A stretch of 44,959 nucleotides of DNA, from contig JACPQU010000121.1 in assembly GCA_016190305.1 (NCBI GenBank), forward strand, positions 1-44,959, written 5' to 3'. The notes beneath the pieces are model-generated. The model did no database searches. It saw only the letters and a program-made list of their open reading frames with translations, and was not told where the DNA came from. A program made the translations under genes and the position numbers. Of this stretch, positions 1-9,200 are shown piece by piece. The DNA comes from Bacillota bacterium (GTDB lineage: Bacteria; Bacillota; JACPQU01). Within the stretch, counting starts at the first letter, position 1, and each line of letters opens with the position of its first letter.

Positions 1-1435
1 CCCTGAAGGTAGGGTTCTTCGGGCTGCAAAGCAGGATCCGCACCTCTTCCTTTCTTCCGTTCACCACCTGCCAGGCCTCCGCCCTGACCTGATCCAGGTC
101 CCCGTCAGGGTCGTTTACCAGGGCCTCCAGCAGGTAGGGACCGCGGCCTTCTACCCCACGCGAGACCACCCTGAGTTCCCGGATGGAAGGCGGCACCTTG
201 CTCCCTCCCCGCTCCGGCCGCAATTCCTCCAGGTAACGGACCACCTGCGGGTTGATCTGTTTTTCCCTGGCCTCCCGGTACAGCGCGTCCAACTCCGCAA
301 GACGCCCCTCGGATGCCAGTTTGCCGCCCAAGTGGAAGTATGCGCCCCCAAAGGCCGGATCCGGGTAGAAGGAGTCCACGGGAACGGGACCTTCAGCCTG
401 CTGCCGAAGGCGCTCCCAGAAGGACACGGCCTCGCCGCTCCTGCCCGTCAGTTCCAGGAGCCGGGCCATTGAGTAGTCAATCACCTTTGTTTCCGCTGAG
501 GCCCGTTCACCGCCGGCCGGCACGCCGTTTGCGTTCGCCGAAGCTTCCTTCAGCAGTTCGAGGGCTTCGGAATATCGCCCCTCGTTCAGGAAGGTCCACC
601 AGTCCTCTCCCACCTGCAGCAGTCCCTCAACCCCGACGAATTCGCGCTCCACGTTGAAGGTGATCCTGATATTCCGCTCGGGCTCCAGGTCCTTCCACAG
701 CCATACCAGATCCTCACCCTCGAAGCGGTAGCTGGTGGGTCCCGCCGAGAGGAGGTGGTACGGCCGGATCCCCCCGGCCAGCTTCAATCTTACCTCGGCC
801 TCCCCGATGCTTCCCTTCCAGGAGGCTCCCGTGACGAGGATATAGCCGCTGGCTTCCTCACCGTTGGACCACAAGTTGTTCTTGACCCAGTAGGTGTTGA
901 TCACTTTTCGCACCCGGCCCGCCGGAAACTGTACGTTAAAGGTATGCCAGAGGGGGTAGTCCATGGGCCCCGCTCCCTCGCCTGCGGTAAGACCGGGCTC
1001 CGGCGTTACGGGCGCCGTCTCGCCGTCCACCAGGGCCCGAAAGTCATGAAGGCGGAAGTCATCGCGGAACTCCTCCCGTTCCGGATCCGGGCTTGGTTCC
1101 GGGAAACCCATCAGCACTTCGGTTTTCGGGCCGTCGTTCCAGAAGATGAACTCGGCCTCGACCTCGGTCCGCCGTGGGGATACGGTGAGAAGCACCCGCT
1201 CGCCGACCATCATGACCTGCCCGTCGGAAACCGGCCGGACGGTCTCACCCACACGGCCCAGGCTGGCGTCGTCCGCTCGGGCCGGGCCGGCCGGGTTCAG
1301 AAGCACCAGCAGCAGTGCCAGCAGAAGAACCAAGAGCGGCAGGCCTGGAAACGGCAGGCCTGGAAACGGCAGGCCCGAAACACGACCCCGCCGCTTTTTC
1401 CACTCGTTGATCCGGTCAACCGCCCTCACGCGCAC
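1..1435 (-). CDS. Secreted or membrane-anchored hypothetical protein; the 3' end runs off the window (at least 478 codons)
   Basis: Absent from the ORF track because there is no stop codon inside the window. My reverse-strand translation from GTG (1435-1433) stays open down to base 2. The frame was checked at four internal points (1213, 769, 469, 61). Sequence begins VRVRAVDRINEWKKRRG..GLPFPGLPFPGLPLLVLLLALLLVLLNPAGPARADD..., then EAEFIFWNDGPKTEVLMGFPEP, then TPR-like helices (GRYSEALELLKEA). GGAGG at 1445-1449 lies 9 nt upstream of the GTG. The + strand ORF 755..1501 is its antisense shadow. Confidence 0.75.
   Translation of the reverse strand, partial: MRVRAVDRINEWKKRRGRVSGLPFPGLPFPGLPLLVLLLALLLVLLNPAGPARADDASLGRVGETVRPVSDGQVMMVGERVLLTVSPRRTEVEAEFIFWNDGPKTEVLMGFPEPSPDPEREEFRDDFRLHDFRALVDGETAPVTPEPGLTAGEGAGPMDYPLWHTFNVQFPAGRVRKVINTYWVKNNLWSNGEEASGYILVTGASWKGSIGEAEVRLKLAGGIRPYHLLSAGPTSYRFEGEDLVWLWKDLEPERNIRITFNVEREFVGVEGLLQVGEDWWTFLNEGRYSEALELLKEASANANGVPAGGERASAETKVIDYSMARLLELTGRSGEAVSFWERLRQQAEGPVPVDSFYPDPAFGGAYFHLGGKLASEGRLAELDALYREAREKQINPQVVRYLEELRPERGGSKVPPSIRELRVVSRGVEGRGPYLLEALVNDPDGDLDQVRAEAWQVVNGRKEEVRILLCSPKNPTFR
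1341..1375 (-). repeat. 15-bp in-frame tandem duplication (aggcctggaaacggc, two copies plus a partial third) encoding GLPFPGLPFPGLP
   Basis: Direct reading: perfect copies at 1341-1355 and 1356-1370, then a partial copy. Confidence 0.9.
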
Positions 1436-1748
1436 CTTTTCTTTCCTCCTATAAATCAACGGGTAAGTGAACGGGCAGGCCCTTCTAACAGAAATAGCTA
1501 GAAACAGCTTCCCAGTATATAACTCGATTTCCTCCACAATTGTTGGACTCTAAAAGACCCTGGAAAGTTTCTAAAGAACCATGGGAGGGGGAAACCTTTT
1601 TCCCCGGATTCCGAAGGCGATCAACCGGGGAACTTGTTTGCACCGGGCCCCGTCTAACCTGTGGAAAGGTTCCGGATGGATTGTCACCGCCTGGGTTTGT
1701 TTCCTGGTCGGCGTGGTCTTAACGTTGTTCAGCTTGGAGTGAAGTGAA

Positions 1749-3917
1749 ATGCGGAGGAAAACCGTCATCGGGCTATTGATCTCAGCGGCGATCACGACCG
1801 CCTTGATCATCACGATGAACACGACCGATCCGGGTCGTGCGGATCCTACCGAAAGATCCCCTGCCCTCCAACCGGCCGGCGGATACCCGGCAGGCGCAGG
1901 CGAGATCCCATCCGCTCCCCCCGCCGGCGAACACCTTGCCGGAGATATGCTCTCCTCCCCACCCGGCGGCGAATACGCCGGGATCGTCTACCAAGGCTAC
2001 CTCTTGAAGACCCTGTGGGAGAACGAGTGGGGCTGGAACATCCCCCTGCTGGCCAAGGAACTGGACATGACCTTCAACGTTCTGGAACCGGAAGAGGACC
2101 CCAGGTTCATCGATTCCCTGGTTCCTGTTGACTTCGCCTTGGAAAGGGGTGGAGTCAAGCTCACCTTCAAGGGTGATGTCGAGCGCCTGAGTGATCCCAG
2201 GTACCTGAGCATCCCGGAGACCGCCGGTCTTTCATATTCGGCGTTCAAAGATTCGCGCGTAGTGGAGATGAAAAAAGATCCCCTGACCTACCGCACCGCC
2301 GGGCCCTACGGGGATTTGAACGAACTGCTCGATATGCTTGAGGTGTCCTATTTTCAAGATGGTCCGACCATCTACCTGGACGCCCGAGGCAAGACCCCGA
2401 TCCTGGGCAAGAAACTGGCTCAAGCAAGTGTCGGGATCGGGGAAGGTCTCCATCAGCTCTCCTTGGAGCTTCTGTACGATTACAAGGGTGAAAACAACCC
2501 GGGATACAAGAGGATCCGGCTCCTGGTCAGCGGAGCCGGCGGGGACCGGGAGCTGACGGTGTTCGACGAGCGGAACCCGGGAAGTTCGATGTATTATCGG
2601 GACGGGAGCATTGAGCGAATCAGCTACCAGGGGGATGAGTTGGTCCAGCTCAACCTCGGTATGGATACCGTCGTGTTTCTCCATCGCGCCGGCGAGTTGA
2701 TCAAGATCTTTTCACCAGAAGATTACCGGCGGTTCCTCGGTGGTAACCTCGTGCTGGAAACGGATCAAGTAGGGAACGCTGTTTTCGTGGACCGGTTCAA
2801 CGGGTTCCAAAAGGCGCTGGGACCGGTAGGGTCGCCCCCCAACTCCAGCTACGACTTGCACGTCATCAGCTTCGGAAGAATCACGGAAGACATCCCGAGC
2901 CGAAAGTTGAAGTTGATCGCCGATGCCGGCGCGGTCCACGAGGGACGGCATCTTTTCCTTGTTCAGATCGAGTTCGTCTATGAACAAGACCGGCAAGGAA
3001 GCCCTGGATTCACCCCCGTCAGGATCCATGCCACCGACTGGGCAAAGTTTGATCAGGACAAACGGGACGGGAAGCCCATCCGTTCTATGGAAGAGTACCG
3101 GCTGTTCGATTATGAAATCTCCGATGAGGCGAAAGTCAGAAGCCTGGTCGAAGCTTTCGGCCGGAAGCTCCAGGCGGTCCCGCTTCTGGCCCCTAAAGGC
3201 ATCCTCGACAGGAGCATGCAGGAGAACTACGGAAACCTCGTCTCTCCCGAACTTCTCGGGCAATGGCAGGACGACCCTTTGAACGCCCCCGGGAAAACGA
3301 CTTCCAGCCCATGGCCGGATCGGATTGAAATCCTTCAAATAAAAAAATCCTCAGGGGACGCGTATGAAGTCAGCGGCGAGATTATTGAAATAACCAGCAC
3401 GGAACAGGCAAGCGGCGGGGTGGCAGCCAGGCGGCCGATCACGCTCCTGGTGGATAAAATCGAAACCCGCCGGCTCATCGTCGCCGCCACCCTCGGCGCG
3501 TACGCGGAAAGCGGCTCCGTTGTGTACAGGAACACCCGGTATGGTTTCAGTTTTTCCTTACCGGGCAAGTGGAAAGACCATTCGATCATCACCAGCGGGT
3601 GGGAGGGCATCGCTCTCACAGGTTCAAAAACCGGTGAGGCCGTGGAGACCGGCCCGACTATCTCCATCAGGCATCCTGATTGGACTTCCCGGAACCCGCG
3701 ACAGGATATCCCGATCATGGTCTTCACGCTCACCCAGTGGAATTCGCTTCAGCGGGGAGAGGTCAGCGTCGGAGCGGCGCCGATCGGGCCAAGTGAACTG
3801 GCCCGCAACGCCAGGTATGTTTTCGCGCTTCCGGCACGATACAACTATGCCTTCCCGACCGGATACGAAGAGGTGGAAATAATTTTACAGGGCAATCCGC
3901 TCCGGCCAATCGATTAA
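1749..3917 (+). CDS. Hypothetical N-terminally anchored or secreted protein, 722 aa; I recognise no domain
   Basis: Long ORF with GC3-rich codon usage. GGAG lies 9 nt upstream of the ATG. The N-terminal hydrophobic segment is VIGLLISAAITTALIITM. The protein is globular-looking and non-repetitive (C-terminal YRNTRYGFSFSLPGKWKDHSII...). The overlapping minus-strand ORFs are Arg/Pro-rich shadows. Confidence 0.8.
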   Translation: MRRKTVIGLLISAAITTALIITMNTTDPGRADPTERSPALQPAGGYPAGAGEIPSAPPAGEHLAGDMLSSPPGGEYAGIVYQGYLLKTLWENEWGWNIPLLAKELDMTFNVLEPEEDPRFIDSLVPVDFALERGGVKLTFKGDVERLSDPRYLSIPETAGLSYSAFKDSRVVEMKKDPLTYRTAGPYGDLNELLDMLEVSYFQDGPTIYLDARGKTPILGKKLAQASVGIGEGLHQLSLELLYDYKGENNPGYKRIRLLVSGAGGDRELTVFDERNPGSSMYYRDGSIERISYQGDELVQLNLGMDTVVFLHRAGELIKIFSPEDYRRFLGGNLVLETDQVGNAVFVDRFNGFQKALGPVGSPPNSSYDLHVISFGRITEDIPSRKLKLIADAGAVHEGRHLFLVQIEFVYEQDRQGSPGFTPVRIHATDWAKFDQDKRDGKPIRSMEEYRLFDYEISDEAKVRSLVEAFGRKLQAVPLLAPKGILDRSMQENYGNLVSPELLGQWQDDPLNAPGKTTSSPWPDRIEILQIKKSSGDAYEVSGEIIEITSTEQASGGVAARRPITLLVDKIETRRLIVAATLGAYAESGSVVYRNTRYGFSFSLPGKWKDHSIITSGWEGIALTGSKTGEAVETGPTISIRHPDWTSRNPRQDIPIMVFTLTQWNSLQRGEVSVGAAPIGPSELARNARYVFALPARYNYAFPTGYEEVEIILQGNPLRPID

Positions 3918-3985
3918 GGATTCAGCAGTATTCGCACCGTTTGCACGAAGAACATGTCCCCGATCCGCACTGGTCCTTTCAACTT

Positions 3986-4375
3986 TCACCCGTAATGGAT
4001 CAAACCTGTTTCCCTTTGAAGACGGTCAGGTGATTCGTGCAGCAGGCGCCTGTCCGCACTCACCGCCGCCAGGGACTTCCGGACGGCGGAAAGGCTCTCC
4101 TCCAGATGCCGCCGGGCTTCCGCATCGTACTTCACCAGGGCTTCCACCTGTTCGGGAATCATTCCGCCAGGCGGCCCGCCCATCTTTTCCCGCAACCGGA
4201 GAATCCTTTCCACCCGCGCCAGACTCCCCGCCGCTGCGGCGGCAGCCAGTTCCCTTGACAGAAACAGGTATCTTCTCCCACACCCGACCCTGCCGATCGA
4301 CTGCATTTCCATCACTCCCGCTCGGCTCTGGAGCCCGTCTTGTCCTTCACGTCCACCCATCAGTCCATGCATCAA
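3986..4375 (-). CDS. Small helical protein in the fliT position (putative flagellar export chaperone FliT-like)
   Basis: Third gene after fliD-fliS, as in the Bacillus fliD-fliS-fliT order. The protein is helical and charged (LARVERILRLREKM...EQVEALVKYDAEARRHLEESLSAVRKSL). The start is uncertain: the internal ATG (MQSIGRV) has GGGAG 8 nt upstream. The functional call rests on synteny only. Confidence 0.45.
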   Translation of the reverse strand: MMHGLMGGREGQDGLQSRAGVMEMQSIGRVGCGRRYLFLSRELAAAAAAGSLARVERILRLREKMGGPPGGMIPEQVEALVKYDAEARRHLEESLSAVRKSLAAVSADRRLLHESPDRLQRETGLIHYG

Positions 4376-4438
4376 ACCTGCACATCAGACCTGTGCATCA
4401 TACCTGTACACCACGCGGGGCTCATCACGCCGGGATCT

Positions 4439-4816
4439 TCACGCGGGGATCTTCCCCTCGATCTCCTGCCAGGCTCCCCGCAGTTCTTCGAGGATGTTCC
4501 GCACCTCCGCCAGAGGCGAGGCTTCCTTTTTCATATTGGCCTCGACCAGCTTCTGCTGGACATACTCGTAGATCGCCGCCATCTTAGCGGCGACCTCACC
4601 GGCGGATGAGTCGAGGTTTTCCTGAAGAACCTGAACGGCTTCCTGCACCGCCAGGATCGCCCGGTGGGCCCCCTCACGATGCTCTGAATCCGTCAGGCCG
4701 CTGGCCACGGCGGCCCGACGCAAGGCTTCCTGGTAGACAAGGAGCACCAAACGGACCGGGCTTGCGGTAAAAACCTGCGTTTGAAGATATTGTGCTTGAA
4801 GGGATCCCATCATCAA
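4439..4816 (-). CDS. fliS: Flagellar export chaperone FliS
   Basis: 125 aa. FliS signature N-terminus: YLQTQVFTASPVRLVLLVYQEALRR. Sits immediately downstream of fliD. Confidence 0.93.
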   Translation of the reverse strand: MMMGSLQAQYLQTQVFTASPVRLVLLVYQEALRRAAVASGLTDSEHREGAHRAILAVQEAVQVLQENLDSSAGEVAAKMAAIYEYVQQKLVEANMKKEASPLAEVRNILEELRGAWQEIEGKIPA

Positions 4817-4889
4817 GCCCTCCTCGTATCCTGGTGATCAGCATTCGAGCTCCACTCCCCACCGCCAATCCAGCGCCCCCGGGCTACTT

Positions 4890-6236
4890 CTACTGTCCTT
4901 TGTTCGAGCCGGTTCCCCACCCGAGTTCCACGCTCTGGCCCTGCAGGATCGCCAGTGAGCGTTCCAGGGCCACGAACTGCCTGGTCAGGTTCTGCTCCCG
5001 TAACTGGAGCCGGTAATCCAGATCTCGGATCCTGGTCTGGACGTTCTTGATCCGGGCCGTCAAGCCGTCCTCCTTGGCCGGGATCAAGGCGTTCTCGGCG
5101 TCGATGAGCAGGTCCAGGTAGGATTCCAGCTTCTCGCCCACCCCGTCGATCCCGGCGTCCTCGTGAAACAGGAGATCCTCCACCGTGGCGGGGGCATTCT
5201 TGAGGGCCTGCTCCAGCTTGGCCGTATCGATGGCGAGAGTATGGCCGCGCCCGGTGGTCCCGATCCCCGCATCGATTAGGGCCTGGTATGTCCCGCTCAT
5301 CCCGGTGACCTTTCCGGATACGAACTGGCGCAGGTTCATTCGGATCCGCATCAGCGTCACGTCCCCGGCCAGCTTCCCCTTTTCCCCGAGGGCGGTGTCG
5401 ATCAAGTCCATGGCGGAATTATACTGGTCGGTGAATTGGCGGATGGCTTCCGTGGCCGTTCCGGGATCATCCTCGACCTTGAGGACGACGGGCGCGGCGG
5501 AGCCCGCCAGCAGGTGCAGGGTTACCCCGGGGATCACGTCGTCGGGATCGTTGTTGGCGCGGGTCACGCTCAGCCCGTCCACCGTGAAGGCGGCGTCCCG
5601 GGCCGCAGCCATCTCGTTCTTGAGCACCTTGCTCCCGCCTTGGTCCACCAGAACTCCCAGAGATTCCAGGATCAGGGTCGACGGGTCGTCCAGGACGGCC
5701 ATCGTCCCGGCAGCTCCCACGGTATCGCTGGTGAGAACCAGGCGGTTGTCGATGATCGAGGCGGTCACCCCGATGCCCGCAATCCCATTGATCTCATCGC
5801 GGATGTCCGTCAGGGAATCGGCGGCGCCGACCGTAATGTCCGCGCCGTTGAGCGAAAAGGTACCGGCCAGATTCAGGGCCGCGGCGCGATCGGCCTGCCG
5901 GTCCGAGGCCGCCCTGTGGGCCTCGGCCAGGTTCGTCACAGTGACGAAATACGAGGCCTTGGCCGCCGTCGAGCCGGCCTCCGCCTTCAGGACGGTCTCG
6001 TCGGCGCTGGACGTCTTCCGGGCCCCGAATACACCCTGATCCTTCAGGTCATCAAGGCGGGACTGGAGCGTTTCCAGCCGGGAGCGAATGTCCTTCCAGG
6101 CATTCCGGCGTTCGTCCAGCCGGGTCTCCTGTGACCTGGCCTTTTCAACCGGCCGGCGCTCGAGCTTGACGATCTCCTGGATCAACGCCTTCCAGTCCAG
6201 ACCAGAACCGATCCCGCTGATGTTCAACATGGCCAC
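4890..6236 (-). CDS. fliD: Flagellar filament cap protein FliD (hook-associated protein 2)
   Basis: N-terminus ISGIGSGLDWKALIQEIVKLERRPV and C-terminal coiled coil (RIRDLDYRLQLREQNLTRQFVALERSLAILQ), both typical of FliD. The ATG at 6230 has better SD spacing (GAGGAG plus 8 nt) than the GTG at 6236. Confidence 0.95.
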   Translation of the reverse strand: MAMLNISGIGSGLDWKALIQEIVKLERRPVEKARSQETRLDERRNAWKDIRSRLETLQSRLDDLKDQGVFGARKTSSADETVLKAEAGSTAAKASYFVTVTNLAEAHRAASDRQADRAAALNLAGTFSLNGADITVGAADSLTDIRDEINGIAGIGVTASIIDNRLVLTSDTVGAAGTMAVLDDPSTLILESLGVLVDQGGSKVLKNEMAAARDAAFTVDGLSVTRANNDPDDVIPGVTLHLLAGSAAPVVLKVEDDPGTATEAIRQFTDQYNSAMDLIDTALGEKGKLAGDVTLMRIRMNLRQFVSGKVTGMSGTYQALIDAGIGTTGRGHTLAIDTAKLEQALKNAPATVEDLLFHEDAGIDGVGEKLESYLDLLIDAENALIPAKEDGLTARIKNVQTRIRDLDYRLQLREQNLTRQFVALERSLAILQGQSVELGWGTGSNKGQ

Positions 6237-6242
6237 CGCTCC

Positions 6243-9200
6243 TCACCCCTTTCCGCCGATGCCGGCCTCGAGGGCCTCGTGCGCCCCGACCAGCAGATCG
6301 GCGTGCGGCGCCCTGCGGATCCCTTCCTTCAGCACCTCCAGCGCCTCTATCCGCCGCTCCGCCTCTGTCAGGCAGGCCGCTAGGGAAGCGTAATAGGGGG
6401 CGTGATCGGGCTGCAGTTCAAGGGCCCTCCGCCAGAAGTCGGCCGCCTCCTCGTGGAAGCCCCGTTCCGCGGCAATCTCTGCCAGGAGGGCGCAGGCCTC
6501 GCCGTCGTAAGACCCTGATTCCAGGGCTTTCAGCAGTTCCTCCGCCGCCGACTCCCGGTAGCCATGCCGGCCGTAGATCTTGCCGAGACGGAGATTGCGC
6601 TCTTCGTCAGGAACACCGAATACGGTCAGAAGACGGAGCGCACATCCGAAAACATCGAACTCTTTAAGGATCAGCAGCCTCTCCAGGACTCCCCAGACCG
6701 CCTCCCGGATCCCCGGTTCGGCCGTCTCCCGGATCTGCGATCCGCCCACCTTTCCCTTGGTAACGCCCTGCCTGGCTCCGTTGAGACTCTCCTTGGAACC
6801 GGACAGATCCTCCCCACCGATCTGACCTTCTCCATTTGATGCGCTTGCAACCTGGAAGTCGCCGCGCTCGAGGATTTCAACCAAAACGAGGTAGGCCTCC
6901 GCTTCCGGCCCGTTCCCCTCTTCCTCGGCCATGAGCAAGGAACGTCTGGCAAGGTCCCGGCGGCCGGAGAGCATCTCGCACAGCCCTTTCCCCACCAGGG
7001 CCTCCGCAAACCCCGGGCTGGAAGAAGGCACTGACGTGAACTCGGCGGATCCCTCTGCATATCTTCCCATCAGCGTATAGACGTGTCCCCTGACCAGCCT
7101 GAGCCGAGACCCGGAGGCTCCCTCCGCCCAGCGGCCGGCTGCCGAGCAATCTCTCCGGGCCCGCTCGGTACAATCCAGGGCCTCCTCGGCGTAACCCTCC
7201 CCGGCCAGGACCAGCGCCAGCTCAGTAAAGAACGCCGGGTTGGGCCCGGGCACCAGGCGTTCCAGGAAGGCCAGCACCTCTTCCACCCGGCTTCCCGCCA
7301 GCAACAGGCGGGTAAGCCTGATCAAGGCCCAGGTCCAGTTGGGTTCCGCACGCAGGGCCTGGGTGTATGCCCGGCAGGCATAGGGTGCGTCCCCCAGGGC
7401 CTCGCAGCACTCCCCGAGCCCGTGCCAGGCACGGAAGGTGCCCACCCCCCTCTGGGTAACGTAGTTCAAGGGGGCTTCGCCGAGGGATAAACACTCCCGG
7501 AAGGTTTTCTCCGCCTCGGTATAGCTGTTGAGGTTTTGGAAAACCAGGGCCCGAAGGTAATAAAGATCCGTATACGCGGGATAAGCCTTCACACCATCGG
7601 CGAGCACCGACAGGGCTTCCTGGTAACGTCCCAGGGAGCGCAGGCAAAGGGCGATGTTCCGCACCAGGAGCGAGGCGTAGGCCATGTCGAGGGATCCCAG
7701 GTACTTGAAGGACTGCTGGTAGTGCCGGAGCGCGACCTCCGCCTCCCCGAGCCTGGTGTACTCCACGCCCAGGTTGAAGTGGAGAAAGCTGTCCCGCGGC
7801 TGGCGTTTCTCCTGGGCCTTGAGAATCTCCAGGTTCCGCTGGATCTTGGCCTTCTCCCGGGTGGGCCGGTTGAGATACCCGTAGTGATTGATCCGGACGG
7901 TGGAAAACCCGATCCTGCCCCCGTTCTGCTGGACGCTGGGCACGATCTGCTCGTGGAGGGTCCCGCGGAACCTGTACTCCAGCCGGTTGCGAAAGAGGCG
8001 GAAGGTGGCGTTGATCACAGCCTCCGCGCCGGGGGTTTCCCCGATGAAGTTGATCTCGTTCAGGTAGTGGCCCTCAAGCCCTTCGTCGTAGAGGAGGTCC
8101 CGGAGCCGGAAATGATCCTCGCCGACCAGTTCCTCGTCGGCATCCAGGAAGAGGATCCAGTCCCCCGACGCCTTTGACAGGGAGGCGTTCCGGGCGGAAC
8201 TGAAGTCCCCATGCCAAGGGATCCGGTAGACCTTGGCCCCGTAGCGCTCCGCCGTCTCGACCGTCCGGTCGGCGGAACCCGTATCCACCACGATGATCTC
8301 GTCCACCACCCCCATCACGCGGTCCAGGCAGCGCGGCAGGTTGTCCTCTTCGTCCCTGACGATCATGCAAAGACTCAAGGCGGGACGAGCCGGGTCGCTC
8401 TTCGTACGGGGGACCCCGGTGGCAGCAAGGGGCCTCCCGCCATCCGTCCCGCTCGTTCCCGCACCGGCGGCGGGCATCCTGATGCCTGCCGGAGACATCC
8501 CGGTTCGGACGGGAGGCATCGCGCTCAGAGCGAGAGACGCCCCCGCATCGGCTGAAACCCGAGGATCTTCGCGATAAGCCCCGGGGCGCTGCGTCCAGCA
8601 CCACGGCCGCGGCCCCATGACCTCTTCCCAGAGGGCCCGCTCCAGGCGATCAACCACCCTGTCCCATCGATAAGCCGCCACCGAACCGGGGGCCGCCTGG
8701 GCCAGCCGGTTCCGGAGAGCTCCGTTGCTAAGAAGCCGGCGCAGGGCCTCCGACATGGCCGGCACATCCCTGACCGGAACCACGAGGCCGTTCACGCCGT
8801 CGCGCACATACTCGCTCACCCCCGGGGTCGCGGTGGTGATCACGGCGGTACCGCAGGCCATGGCCTCGGCGACGGGGAGGCAGAAAGACTCGTAGTAGGA
8901 AGCGCTGACAAGGATATCGGCGGAACGGTAAAGCCCTCCCAGTTCCCCGGGATCGGGATTGACCGCCACCCGGAGCGGAAAGGGCAGGGCCGGAAGACGA
9001 TCCGGCCGGGACGGAGTCACCCAGACCACTTCAAATTGCTCACCGGATGCCGCCGCCGTCTCCAGGGCCTGAAAGGCCTCCTGAACCCCCTTGAAGGGGA
9101 ACTCCGCCCTGGCCACGAGGAGCACCCGCGGACGGCTCCGCCGGACCTTCGGACGTGGATAGAAGTGATCGTGGTCGATGGCGCTGCCCAGGTTGACGGC

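Noticed and set aside
755-1501. 248-aa + strand ORF (plus 313..657 and 1146..1454)
   Set aside because: These are antisense or off-frame shadows of the real minus-strand CDS 1..1435. That CDS has an SD, a signal peptide and a sensible sequence, and is missing from the track only because it lacks a stop in the window.
1588-1605. Hairpin GGGGAAA-CCTT-TTTCCCC in the 1436-1748 intergenic region as a terminator
   Set aside because: It is not followed by a U-tract on either strand, and it lies between divergent gene starts, where no terminator is expected.
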